This document shows, piece by piece, positions 19,376 to 27,977 of a DNA stretch of 64,000 nucleotides. This DNA comes from a virus. Location of the stretch: the IMG/VR virus record IMGVR_UViG_3300020213_000030, positions 4,530-68,529 of that record. One strand, written 5' to 3'. The translations under genes and the position numbers were made by a program. Each line of letters starts with the position of its first letter. The first letter of the stretch is position 1. The notes under the pieces are model-generated. The model made no database searches and was not told the DNA's origin. It saw only the letters and a program-made list of their open reading frames with translations.

Positions 19376-19602
19376 GTACCGTCAAGGCACCAGTGCTCAA
19401 GGACGACCTCTTAGTTATAGACATCTCCGCGGGAAACAATAAGATCCTCTCGATTATGGTCACTTACATGGTCGACGGCAAGCAGGAGGCTACCACCGAC
19501 ATCACCAAGGCCGCCTGGTTCATGGGCTATTCCGAGGACGAAAAGGCCTGGGTCGAGGTCGACGTCACCCGAGGCTACTACCAAGGGATTACTTGGCATT
19601 AA
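19372..19602 (+). CDS. Hypothetical protein
   Basis: ATGA overlap with the peptidase gene. Confidence 0.55.
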   Translation: MSTVKAPVLKDDLLVIDISAGNNKILSIMVTYMVDGKQEATTDITKAAWFMGYSEDEKAWVEVDVTRGYYQGITWH

Positions 19603-19656
19603 CTCACACATTATCAGGATAATAACAGGATAATAATCCATCCAATTTTATATAGG

Positions 19657-19683
19657 AAGGGGGCTTTACGCCCCCTTTTTCTT
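19657..19683 (+). terminator. Intrinsic terminator
   Basis: AAGGGGGC-TTTAC-GCCCCCTT followed by a T-run. Confidence 0.6.
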
Positions 19684-20010
19684 GGTGCATAACCTGTATC
19701 TCTGATTTGGGGAACACCCACCCCCTACCTCTGCCTTTCCTCTATAAAATCTTTCGTAGGGTCTCAACCCGCAGAGAGAGTCTATATAGAGAAAAGACGG
19801 ACAGGCAAAGCTATTCCTGGGATCCAAGAGGATCACCAGGGTGGAACCAGAGCTAAAACACCTAGAGCTATATAGGGAACCAGGAGTGGGAACACAGGAA
19901 CACCAGTGGTGAGCTGGGCCTTCGGCCCAAGATCGATCCAAGTTGAAGATCACTCCCATCACATGGCCGCCATCACCCGAGGTGTGAGCGCTCCTTGGTT
20001 CCATTATGGA

Positions 20011-20203
20011 GATAATCATTATCACATAACCAAACCCCATTATTTGGATAGTCATTATGTAGAAAATCTCACCCATTATAAGATAATCATTATATAGATA
20101 CTCCAGCACATAATTACATTATCATTATCCAGATAATCATTATGGGGATTTTGCATAGCATATTTTTTGATAATTACCTCCTGGTTCTTGAGATAATCAC
20201 TAT
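20011..20203. repeat. Array of five GATARTCAYTAT motifs
   Basis: Copies at 20011, 20047, 20082, 20132 and 20192. Confidence 0.8.
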
Positions 20204-20355
20204 ATGTATTATCACCGTGGCCATATTTTTGGTAGTTACGTTCTGGTTCAGTATTGGGGGATTGGCTACCCCCATCATCTTAAGTACCCCCCGGGTACAT
20301 CCCCCACCTCACACCTCACACCCACCCGGTCATTGTTCCTGGCTCCATCACACCT

Positions 20356-20368
20356 GGCGCTTCGCGCC
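20356..20368 (+). promoter_or_regulatory. vRNAP hairpin early promoter 1
   Basis: GGCGC-TTC-GCGCC; the template strand forms a 5-bp stem with a GAA triloop, the N4 vRNAP promoter architecture; just upstream of the gp1-like gene. Confidence 0.8.
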
Positions 20369-20407
20369 TTCTGGATTAATCGTCCCCAACCACTGGAGCT
20401 ACACATC

Positions 20408-20734
20408 ATGACCAATAGCGTAATCGGATCAGCATCGAATACCCTCATCGCACTCTTTGGCACCATCAACTCAGCTGCCAACGTCGTCGTCAAGACAGTG
20501 GACTCTGCTACGTCGGGCATCGACATGCTCGATCGTTTTGTGCAAAAGGCCAAGACCGAGCAGATCGCTCGTCATACCATCGAAGCCAAAGACTTCATGG
20601 ATAATCTTATTGACGATGCAGCCATCGCCAATGCCAAGCGTCTACGCGACTTAGAGCAGAGCCTGAGCACAGATCAGAGACTCGCTCAACTTTTCACCGA
20701 ATCCCAGTCTGAGTACCGTGGACTCTTCACCTAA
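20408..20734 (+). CDS. N4 gp1-like first early protein
   Basis: GGAG RBS then MTNSVIGSASNTLIALFGTINSAANVV...GIDMLDRFV; first gene after the hairpin promoter. Confidence 0.6.
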   Translation: MTNSVIGSASNTLIALFGTINSAANVVVKTVDSATSGIDMLDRFVQKAKTEQIARHTIEAKDFMDNLIDDAAIANAKRLRDLEQSLSTDQRLAQLFTESQSEYRGLFT

Positions 20735-20853
20735 ACTCAGCCTTAATCCCAGCCTTGGAGCTCTGGCTCCGAGGCTACTCCAAATTACGGATAGTCACCG
20801 ACTGTCCCGATAGGTAGACAAGCTCTACTTATCATGTTAATCCTCACCCCATT

Positions 20854-21105
20854 ATGGAGATAATCATGCGTAACCCACGTATGCACTCGCTCGCCCTCAC
20901 GCAGATGAACACCGCCTTGGCATTGAACTTGGCGATGATGCACGCCAGTACCAGACCGTTCACGTCATTCGCTGATGGTCGCTCCAGCGAGGCCTTCATC
21001 CTCGAGGACGACTTTGACCGGATCAACGAGCTCGAGTCCGGCGACATCACCTTCACCCGTTCCAAAGGTGAAAGGTCTGATAAGGACACCGGCCATGGCT
21101 GGTAA
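20854..21105 (+). CDS. Hypothetical early protein
   Basis: GGAG RBS before MRNPRM; overlaps the next gene. Confidence 0.45.
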   Translation: MEIIMRNPRMHSLALTQMNTALALNLAMMHASTRPFTSFADGRSSEAFILEDDFDRINELESGDITFTRSKGERSDKDTGHGW

Positions 21106-21283
21106 GAGCGAGATCTACACCAGCATCGCCCTTGGGTTTCTTGGTGCCCTGCTCATCATCGTCCTGGCGGCGCTCATCTATAACCGCGCCCTCGAACGCG
21201 AGATGCGCTGGAACCAGGAGAACCAGGAGACCATCACCTGGGACTGCACCACTCAATTCATCAACAGCTGCGTTTCTCGCTAA
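21095..21283 (+). CDS. Small single-TM early protein
   Basis: AAGGA RBS; MAGKSEIYTSIALGFLGALLIIVLAALIY. Confidence 0.55.
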   Translation: MAGKSEIYTSIALGFLGALLIIVLAALIYNRALEREMRWNQENQETITWDCTTQFINSCVSR

Positions 21284-21310
21284 GAACGCTCAAACCAGGA
21301 GTACCTAACC

Positions 21311-21712
21311 ATGAACATCATCCATGCCGGCATCACCACGCTTACCCTGCTGGCCATGTCCACGCTTACCCTGCTTGCCATGTCCACCGTATCCATGGCG
21401 GCGATTCCCGTCTGCGAATACAAATTCGACCTGGTTTATGCCCAGGCCAAAGCCAATGACATCGCCATTATCCTGGTCGAAAACCTCGAGTCGTTTCTTG
21501 ACGTCCTCGAGGCTGCCGGCCTGAGCATCCAGAAGACCACACGGGCGTTCTACGTGGTTACGCCAGACCTCATCGTTGTCGGGCTCGAGCAGAACACCTG
21601 CCTGGCGCCGGCACTGGAGATCGATCTCGACTACCAGGATGCCCTGATCGAAGCCGCCAGCATCATCGCCGGTGCCCCTACGAGGGGCACCAGCTTCTAT
21701 GTCAGGAGCTAA
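21311..21712 (+). CDS. Secreted/periplasmic early protein with a duplicated signal-peptide segment
   Basis: AGGAG RBS; TLTLLAMS twice, then SMA-A cleavage-like site. Confidence 0.6.
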   Translation: MNIIHAGITTLTLLAMSTLTLLAMSTVSMAAIPVCEYKFDLVYAQAKANDIAIILVENLESFLDVLEAAGLSIQKTTRAFYVVTPDLIVVGLEQNTCLAPALEIDLDYQDALIEAASIIAGAPTRGTSFYVRS

Positions 21713-21800
21713 TCAGCTGGTGTTCTTCAGCTTCGCCTTCGGTTGCATCGCTGGTGTAACCATGCTCTGGATCATCCAGTATACCAACCAAAGGAATTAA
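21699..21800 (+). CDS. Micro-protein with one TM (33 aa)
   Basis: Manual translation MSGANQLVFFSFAFGCIAGVTMLWIIQYTNQRN; GAGGGG upstream. Confidence 0.4.
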   Translation: MSGANQLVFFSFAFGCIAGVTMLWIIQYTNQRN

Positions 21801-21803
21801 CCC

Positions 21804-21938
21804 ATGTTCGGAGGCTTTATCGGCGCTATGCTCATCGTGCTCGTAATAGCGGGCATCCGCTCTTTAACTCCATCAGGTCGTCGCGCTCGTGAGCATCGTA
21901 AGATGCTTAAGGCAATGAGCGCTCGTCCCAAGGACTAG
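21804..21938 (+). CDS. Micro-protein, TM + basic tail (44 aa)
   Basis: AAGGA RBS; MFGGFIGAMLIVLVIAGIRSLTPSGRRAREHRK... Confidence 0.5.
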   Translation: MFGGFIGAMLIVLVIAGIRSLTPSGRRAREHRKMLKAMSARPKD

Positions 21939-21973
21939 GTCTCTCTCCAAACCACTACCATCCCTTTGTCCGG

Positions 21974-21986
21974 GGCGCTTCGCGCC
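21974..21986 (+). promoter_or_regulatory. vRNAP hairpin early promoter 2
   Basis: Identical GGCGCTTCGCGCC hairpin, again followed by GATTAATC; upstream of the gp2-like gene. Confidence 0.8.
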
Positions 21987-22050
21987 TTTCGGATGATTAA
22001 TCACGTCCAATTCATCCTAATTCAACAGCCATTACAAGGAGCTACCACTC

Positions 22051-22503
22051 ATGGCTATTCTCGATTTCACCGGCACTGCCCAGGCACCGTCCCGCGGTAA
22101 CACCAGCACTCGTCGCATGCCCTTCGGCGAGATGAGCAACATGGCCGATCGTCCCAGGGCCAAGGTCTGGCTGAACATCGGCTATGAGGCCAACGGCAAG
22201 TTCATCAACCTGCCCATCGGCCTGCCGATCGATACTATGGAAGCGGCCGAAGTCCGCGGTCAGAACTCTGACTGGGTCAAGCAGCGCAACGCTCAGAACG
22301 CACTTCTTGAAGCCCTCAAGAAGGCCGGCGCCTCGCTCGAGCCGGGTCAGGAGCAGGAGGTCAACCTCTCGATCCGCATCCGTCGCGTCAACGAGGAGCT
22401 CGTCGTCGAATCGACCAGCAACGAATATGCCGTCGACTTCTCGAGTCTGCTGGTTACCACGACCCAGGCCGAGACCGAGATCCCGGAGGCAGCGATCGCC
22501 TGA
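22051..22503 (+). CDS. N4 gp2/Drc-like ssDNA-binding activator of RNAP II
   Basis: AKVWLNIGY...FINLPIGLPIDTM...LEPGQE...IRRV motifs; AAGGAG RBS. Confidence 0.8.
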   Translation: MAILDFTGTAQAPSRGNTSTRRMPFGEMSNMADRPRAKVWLNIGYEANGKFINLPIGLPIDTMEAAEVRGQNSDWVKQRNAQNALLEALKKAGASLEPGQEQEVNLSIRIRRVNEELVVESTSNEYAVDFSSLLVTTTQAETEIPEAAIA

Positions 22504-22530
22504 TCGCCTTAACTACCCACCAGCGCCTCT

Positions 22531-22580
22531 GAAGGGGAAGAGGATGCGTTCATCGCATCCTCTTCCTTTCCATTTTTTCC
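22531..22580 (+). terminator. Intrinsic terminator after the gp2-like gene
   Basis: GGAAGAGGATGCG/CGCATCCTCTTCC stem, T-rich tail, followed by GATAGTCA. Confidence 0.7.
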
Positions 22581-22741
22581 CTCGATAGTCACCCCAATCC
22601 CGCAACATATCCTGAGCTATCCAGCTCACGATTGTGCTTGATTAAGTCGAAAATGTTGGATTAATCCCTAATTATGTTTTAGACTTTCTAAATACTAATC
22701 TGACATTATCTTCATAATAGGCAAAGGAGGGCCTAAAGCCT

Positions 22742-22909
22742 ATGGAACCGAAACACCGAAGCTTTGCGATGAGCCAATGCCGCGAGCAGGGGCTCAATCC
22801 CCACGAGATAATCAACCGGGGCCATGAGGCCTTGCCACGCTACCAGTTCGTCGCCCGTGAGTTGGCCGAGCAGGATGCCCAACACCGCAACAAGGAATAC
22901 CACAAATGA
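22742..22909 (+). CDS. Hypothetical protein (55 aa)
   Basis: AAAGGAGG RBS; MEPKHRSFAMSQCREQGLNPHEII... Confidence 0.5.
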   Translation: MEPKHRSFAMSQCREQGLNPHEIINRGHEALPRYQFVARELAEQDAQHRNKEYHK

Positions 22910-23076
22910 CCCGTCAAGACTGGGACAGTCTCGTCATATTACTCATAGGCGTCGCCGTCATCATGGCCATTGCCGTGGTCCTCCTCTGGTCCGACCCGGT
23001 CACGGCCGGCGACCTAGGGCATGGTCTCGGAAAAGCTGGTGTGGACTCAATGTTCTCTTTGCGAGGCGGCCGATGA
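22906..23076 (+). CDS. Small single-TM protein (56 aa)
   Basis: AAGGA RBS, ATGA overlap; MTRQDWDSLVILLIGVAVIMAIAVVLLW. Confidence 0.5.
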   Translation: MTRQDWDSLVILLIGVAVIMAIAVVLLWSDPVTAGDLGHGLGKAGVDSMFSLRGGR

Positions 23077-23297
23077 GCGACTACACCAGGATCAAAACCT
23101 GCATCATCGTTACATCGACCGAGAATGCAATCGCTTTCGACATCATGAAAGACCTGCCCAACGGCGGACGCACCGTCAAGTGGGTGCCAAAATCCCTGAT
23201 CCATGGTGGAGATCTCGTCAAGCTCGAAGAAGCTCAAGGCAACGAGACAGTCAGCTTTCGACTGATGGCTTGGAAAGCTAGGGAAATCTGGTCTTAA
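23073..23297 (+). CDS. Hypothetical protein
   Basis: ATGA overlap; MSDYTRIKTCIIVTSTENAIAF...WVPKSLI. Confidence 0.55.
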   Translation: MSDYTRIKTCIIVTSTENAIAFDIMKDLPNGGRTVKWVPKSLIHGGDLVKLEEAQGNETVSFRLMAWKAREIWS

Positions 23298-23322
23298 GCG
23301 TCAACAACGAAAGCCTCACTAT

Positions 23323-23586
23323 ATGCAAGACCTGACAAAACGCACCAAACACGAACACCTTAAGGCTCTCAAGCCAGGCGATACGTGGACCATCTTCCAC
23401 AACGGCTCTATTACCGTTGACATCGAGGATGGCCGTGGTCCTCGCGCACCTGAAGTCGGTGAGATTATAGGTCGCTGGTATTCCATCGACGAGCCTGGCC
23501 GAAACTTCCGTATCATCGCGGTACATCCCCAAGCTATCCAGACTGTTTTTCTCGGCTTCCGAGATTTCGCCGACCCAGCTCCATAA
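23323..23586 (+). CDS. Hypothetical protein
   Basis: Co-oriented ORF in a tightly packed operon. Confidence 0.5.
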   Translation: MQDLTKRTKHEHLKALKPGDTWTIFHNGSITVDIEDGRGPRAPEVGEIIGRWYSIDEPGRNFRIIAVHPQAIQTVFLGFRDFADPAP

Positions 23587-23601
23587 TTCAAGGAGAGCTA
23601 A

Positions 23602-23847
23602 ATGCTCACCTACTACGGCGTTTATCGCATCATCAAAGGCGGTGGCCGCCGTCTAGTCGCTGGCAGTGTCACATCGGACAAGGCAGCGGCCAAAAAAATG
23701 GCTGCTGACCGAAAGGACGGCGAAAGCCGGTCTCCGATCCATCGCAACGACGTCTACTACTCCCGAATGGGGCGGTATGTCGTTCATCCCCTTCCCTCCA
23801 AGCACGTTGATCGCCTCCAGAACCAGTTTAAGAAAGAAGCTGACTGA
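23602..23847 (+). CDS. Hypothetical basic protein
   Basis: AAGGAG RBS. Confidence 0.55.
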   Translation: MLTYYGVYRIIKGGGRRLVAGSVTSDKAAAKKMAADRKDGESRSPIHRNDVYYSRMGRYVVHPLPSKHVDRLQNQFKKEAD

Positions 23848-24197
23848 TGACCAATTACCGCCAATATGTCGCTTCGCGACCACTGACTGAAGCTCTATGG
23901 TGGTTCATCGAAAACGTGTCTGATGACACACCGGAGCGCACGGAGATTTTCTTCGACCTGCGGGAACGCTGCCGTGATTCTCCGTCGGAAAGCTCGCTTG
24001 CAAGAGCCCTGAAAAGCCTGATCTCGGACATCGAGGCCATGCAGCCCCATAACGACCCAAATAACTACTGGTTTGGCCCATTCAGCGAAAGTATGCCAAC
24101 TGGCTCCTACGATGAAGAAACCAATATCAAGTGGCCCAACCTCGCGATCGATCTCGAGGAGGCCAAGATAGCCCTCAAGGAGTACGAAAATGACTGA
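23847..24197 (+). CDS. Hypothetical protein
   Basis: TGATG coupling; LTEALWWFIENV motif. Confidence 0.55.
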   Translation: MTNYRQYVASRPLTEALWWFIENVSDDTPERTEIFFDLRERCRDSPSESSLARALKSLISDIEAMQPHNDPNNYWFGPFSESMPTGSYDEETNIKWPNLAIDLEEAKIALKEYEND

Positions 24198-24552
24198 GGA
24201 TACTTTTCTCCAGCCAAAGCTCCTTGAGGTTCCAAGGCCTCACTGGCACAAGCAGAATCCCTGGAAAGATAAGATCCTCTACGTGCCCCTCATAGAGCTC
24301 GCCGATTGTACGTTCAAGGTGGGCCAGGATAACACTTGGACAATGATCAAGGAAGTCGCCGACTGGGTCCAATATGGTGTTATGCTGGACGCCTACATCC
24401 TCGACTCCGTAGTGCTTACCGGTGGCGTTCGCTACGGTCCGGAAGGCCGTCATTACCTGTCACCGGGTTTCTCCCTGCCTAAGCTCATCGAGCTCAAGGC
24501 GAAATACACACCCACAAAAAAGAAAAAACCAGATCCCCGTGAGGGGAGTTAG
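24190..24552 (+). CDS. Hypothetical protein
   Basis: AAGGAG RBS; overlaps the previous gene. Confidence 0.55.
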   Translation: MTEDTFLQPKLLEVPRPHWHKQNPWKDKILYVPLIELADCTFKVGQDNTWTMIKEVADWVQYGVMLDAYILDSVVLTGGVRYGPEGRHYLSPGFSLPKLIELKAKYTPTKKKKPDPREGS

Positions 24553-24729
24553 GCCAGGGTCATAGTCTCCCTGGTCCGTCGTGCAGCGGGCGGTCATGAC
24601 GTCATGAAACAACACCCGCCGGTTGGGGAGGCAGTAACCTCCCTGCTATCGCCAACCATGGGGGAGAGGGAATTATCTTTTCGCCCTCTCCCTCAAAATT
24701 TCCCCAACCCAGATCCAGGAGAACCTCCA

Positions 24730-25011
24730 GTGAGCCCACTCAACGACGCCCAGACGACCATGCTGAAGAGCTATGGCGCGGGCGACTACGCCTGGATCGC
24801 CGAGGACTTCTCCGAGGAGCACACCCTCGCCCTCGATGCCGTCGAGCGCCAAGGTGATACCTTGCTGCTGTTCCTCTTCCGAGAGCTTAGCGACAGGGAA
24901 GGCTGCCAAGACATGAATACGGCCATAACCCAGGTGCTGATCGCAATTGACGACCTCGAGGGCGTGCTGCAAGAGCTGGAGAAGGAGGAGGGATGCACCC
25001 AGTACTCCTGA
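24730..25011 (+). CDS. Hypothetical protein
   Basis: AGGAG RBS before GTG; YGAGDY...GDTLLLFLFRELSD motif. Confidence 0.55.
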   Translation: MSPLNDAQTTMLKSYGAGDYAWIAEDFSEEHTLALDAVERQGDTLLLFLFRELSDREGCQDMNTAITQVLIAIDDLEGVLQELEKEEGCTQYS

Positions 25012-25223
25012 CCATCTTCCACATCCTTGGGGCCATCCTGGTCCTTATCAAAGAACTGCAGTCGCCGAGAGATCGGCGACTTTTTTCCTATCTCCCACTG
25101 CCCGCAGATCCCTCGCCGCCACCGCAACCTCGATCAGTCCCGCGGATGAAGATCAGCGGACGACCAATCAAGCTCGTCTTCACCCCAATTACCTTATTGG
25201 GCACCCCAACGAAGGAGAAACCC

Positions 25224-26033
25224 ATGATCGAGTTCCAGATCGAAATTGAGAAGCTGTTTCACAAAAACCAGCTCTTCCCCAGAATTAAGGGTGAATTCGT
25301 TAACTGCGATGGCCTCGACTTTGAGGTACTGATGAAAAAATATGACATCGAGGTAAACTTCGGCTTCGATCTCCTGGTTCAGATGGTCCTTCATAAGCGA
25401 GCCACCTTGCCGGCCCTGGTTGGCTCCCTGCGCAAACACTTCGACGGTGACTGCCAGACAACCACCGACGAGCTCACCAAGGCAATAGGGGCCGATCTCG
25501 TCAACTGGTCACCCGTCACGAGGCAATTCATCGTCAAGTTTGGCATCTCGGACGACGTGCAGCAGGATCTGGATCGTTACCAATATCCTCTCCCGATGGT
25601 AGTTCCGCCCCTCCCGCTCACTGACAACAGGGACACCGGCTACTACACCAGCCAGAACTCGGTCATCCTTCGTCAGAATCACCACGACGACGACGTCTGT
25701 CTCGATCACCTGAACCAGGTGAACAAGATCAGGTTCCGGATCAACCGGGACGTGGCCAACACGATTGAAAACCGCTGGCGTAACCTCGACAAGCCCAAGC
25801 CTGACGAGGAGATGGCTGAGTACCAGAAGCGGGTCAAGGCATTCGAGAAGTACGATCGCACCGCCCACGATGTCATGGACCATCTGGGCATCGCCACCGA
25901 GGGAGAGTTCTACCTCACCCACAAGGTCGACAAGCGCGGCAGGACCTATTGCCAGGGCTACGTCGTCAACTACCAGGGCACGGCCTGGAACAAGGCCGTG
26001 ATACAATTCGCCAATGAAGAAGTGGCAAACTAG
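25224..26033 (+). CDS. RNA polymerase II subunit 1 (N4 gp15-like)
   Basis: AAGGAG RBS; QYPLPMVVPP, HHDDDVCLDHLN and FYLTHKVDKRGRTYCQGY motifs. Confidence 0.9.
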   Translation: MIEFQIEIEKLFHKNQLFPRIKGEFVNCDGLDFEVLMKKYDIEVNFGFDLLVQMVLHKRATLPALVGSLRKHFDGDCQTTTDELTKAIGADLVNWSPVTRQFIVKFGISDDVQQDLDRYQYPLPMVVPPLPLTDNRDTGYYTSQNSVILRQNHHDDDVCLDHLNQVNKIRFRINRDVANTIENRWRNLDKPKPDEEMAEYQKRVKAFEKYDRTAHDVMDHLGIATEGEFYLTHKVDKRGRTYCQGYVVNYQGTAWNKAVIQFANEEVAN

Positions 26034-26038
26034 TTAAT

Positions 26039-26167
26039 GCCGAGAGGAACAACGTGAACGGAAATTACGAACCCAGCAATTGCCGGTGGGCCACTCGAAA
26101 AGAGCAGGCCAACAATCGCCGTCCCCAACAATCCCACAAATTCGCCAACCAGGATATGACCCAATGA
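26039..26167 (+). pseudogene. Relic C-terminus of an HNH homing endonuclease
   Basis: Frame without a credible start reads ERNNVNGNYEPSNCRWATRKEQANNRR, the typical HNH C-terminal motif. Confidence 0.7.
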
Positions 26168-26373
26168 CCAAACTACTAGGTTACCAGCTCACCAACCTCA
26201 AGGGGGAAAACATCCAGGGAAAAAACGAAGATCCGACAAATATGGCCTCGTTCGAGATCATGGCTCCAGTCTTCGCTTCTTATGTCATGCGTCTAATGGC
26301 AAGCCGAAAATTCCTGCTGATGCCGATCTACGAGGGCGACATCGAAGATCCCAAAATCATCGAGGGCATCTGA
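26164..26373 (+). CDS. Hypothetical protein
   Basis: AGGA RBS; MTKLLGYQL...PIYEGDIEDP. Confidence 0.55.
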   Translation: MTKLLGYQLTNLKGENIQGKNEDPTNMASFEIMAPVFASYVMRLMASRKFLLMPIYEGDIEDPKIIEGI

Positions 26374-26570
26374 AAGAAAATTCTCTGGCCATCTCCTAGA
26401 TAATCACCTACGATTATCTCGTCTCAAATTACGGAGATAACGTGCATGAAGTCCTGGTTCGCCTTTGATTCGTCCGCCATCACCACCTCCACCTGTCGAA
26501 AACGGATCAGACTTCCTCCTTCAGCCATTCCCTAGAGGCTGCTGACCTCACGTAGGCCAAACCCATCTCG

Positions 26571-26601
26571 AAGAGCTCCTCTACAAAGAGGAGCTCTTTT
26601 C
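26571..26601 (+). terminator. Intrinsic terminator
   Basis: AAGAGCTCCTCT-ACAA-AGAGGAGCTCTT plus T-run. Confidence 0.65.
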
Positions 26602-26696
26602 ACATTTGGAGTATGACCATGGTTGACCTGGGCATGGAACTCTCTTGAGCTCTTCTCTACATCTACTGAACCTCACCCAACCACTGGAGCTACCAC

Positions 26697-27902
26697 ATGA
26701 CCTTCCAGACTTTCTCGGGCAAGGAATATCTCAAAATCGACATCGCCAGCTCCTTCGGTCTCGACAAGCTGACCTGGGATGCTCGTATCGCCTGGTTCAA
26801 CACTAACGAGCAGAAATTGCCCGAACTGTTGAAACAGGCTGATGAACCAGCTCTTTTCTATGCTGGTATCCAAGCCTGGGAAAAAACCAAGGCCAACAAG
26901 CCTTCGGGCTATCCGATCTCGCTCGATGCTACCTGCTCGGGGATCCAGATCCTCGCAGCACTGGCCGGCGATCGCAAGGCAGCCCAGATCTGCAACGTCG
27001 TCGACACCGGCAAGCGTGAAGACGCCTACGTGTCCATTTACCAGGACATGGTCGCCAAGTTGGGCGAGACGTCCAGAATCGACCGCAAGCTCACCAAACA
27101 GGCGATCATGACGTCGTTCTACAGCTCGACTGCGGTGCCCAAGCGGGTCTTCGGTGATGGCGAACTGCTCGCTATCTTCTATGACACCCTCAAGGCCAAC
27201 GCTCCGGGTGCCTGGGAAATAAACGAGACCATGCTGGCGATCTGGGATCCCACGACTCTCGAGAACACCTGGATCCTTCCCGACAACTTCCATGTCAAGG
27301 TCAAGGTCATGGGCCAGGTCACTGAAACAGTTCATTTCTTCAACGAGCCGTTCGACGTGCAATACTACCAGAACATGCCCATCAAGGGTGGTCGATCGCT
27401 GGGTGCCAACATGGTTCACTCGATCGACGGCATGGTGGTGCGTGAGATGCAGCGCCGCTGCAACTATGACCCGATCAAGATCGCCGAGCTCAAGCGTCTG
27501 CTCGCTGTCGGCGCCGGTGGGCACAGCACCCGCCGGGATGAGGACAAACTGGTAACGTGCCTCTGGGCACACTATCTCGACTCGGGATTTCTCTCGGCCC
27601 GGATCCTGAGTTACCTCGACATAGACAACCTTGGTCTGGTCGATGCGAAGGTGATCCAGGGATTGCTCAACAGCCTGCCGGAAAAACCCTTCGAGATGAT
27701 CTCGATTCACGACTGCTTCCGTTGCCTGCCCAACTATGGCAACGACATTCGCCGGCAGTACAATCTGCTGCTGGCCACCATCGCGGAGTCGGAGCTGTTC
27801 AGCTACGTTGTCTCCCAGATCTGCCACCGGTACATTCAGGCCGGAAAACTCGACCCCAAGCTGGGCCGGGACATTCGCGAAGCGAATTACGCTCTTTCCT
27901 AA
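26697..27902 (+). CDS. RNA polymerase II subunit 2 (N4 gp16-like, T7-type catalytic part)
   Basis: LDATCSGIQI (motif A), RKLTKQAIMTSFY (motif B), ANMVHSIDG, SIHDCF (motif C). Confidence 0.93.
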   Translation: MTFQTFSGKEYLKIDIASSFGLDKLTWDARIAWFNTNEQKLPELLKQADEPALFYAGIQAWEKTKANKPSGYPISLDATCSGIQILAALAGDRKAAQICNVVDTGKREDAYVSIYQDMVAKLGETSRIDRKLTKQAIMTSFYSSTAVPKRVFGDGELLAIFYDTLKANAPGAWEINETMLAIWDPTTLENTWILPDNFHVKVKVMGQVTETVHFFNEPFDVQYYQNMPIKGGRSLGANMVHSIDGMVVREMQRRCNYDPIKIAELKRLLAVGAGGHSTRRDEDKLVTCLWAHYLDSGFLSARILSYLDIDNLGLVDAKVIQGLLNSLPEKPFEMISIHDCFRCLPNYGNDIRRQYNLLLATIAESELFSYVVSQICHRYIQAGKLDPKLGRDIREANYALS

Positions 27903-27925
27903 TAATTGAAAATAGATTACCCTTA

Positions 27926-27966
27926 AAACCCATCCCACCATATTGGTGGGGTGGGTTTCTTTTTTC
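27926..27966 (+). terminator. Intrinsic terminator after RNAP II
   Basis: AAACCCATCCCACCA/TGGTGGGGTGGGTTT stem plus T-run. Confidence 0.65.
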
Positions 27967-27977
27967 AGGATAATCCA

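Larger units (their letters stand above)
19620..20400. other. Non-coding region, likely the genome terminus / terminal repeat region
   Basis: AT-rich, no credible ORF, short-motif arrays; lies between the late/accessory block and the gp1-like gene with its vRNAP promoter, where N4-like termini are found. Confidence 0.6.

Noticed and set aside
20011-20203. CRISPR or mini-CRISPR array
   Set aside because: Repeats are only about 12 bp, degenerate and irregularly spaced, and there are no cas genes
24993-25223. N-terminal membrane extension of RNAP subunit 1
   Set aside because: A strong AAGGAG RBS precedes the ATG at 25224, which gives the expected subunit size; the upstream in-frame stretch is probably incidental or a remnant
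26673-27941. Long antisense ORF (422 aa) and similar shadow ORFs, for example 15034-15900, 43841-44812 and 46661-47389
   Set aside because: They mirror well-supported genes on the other strand, a common effect of GC-rich codon bias, and carry no motifs
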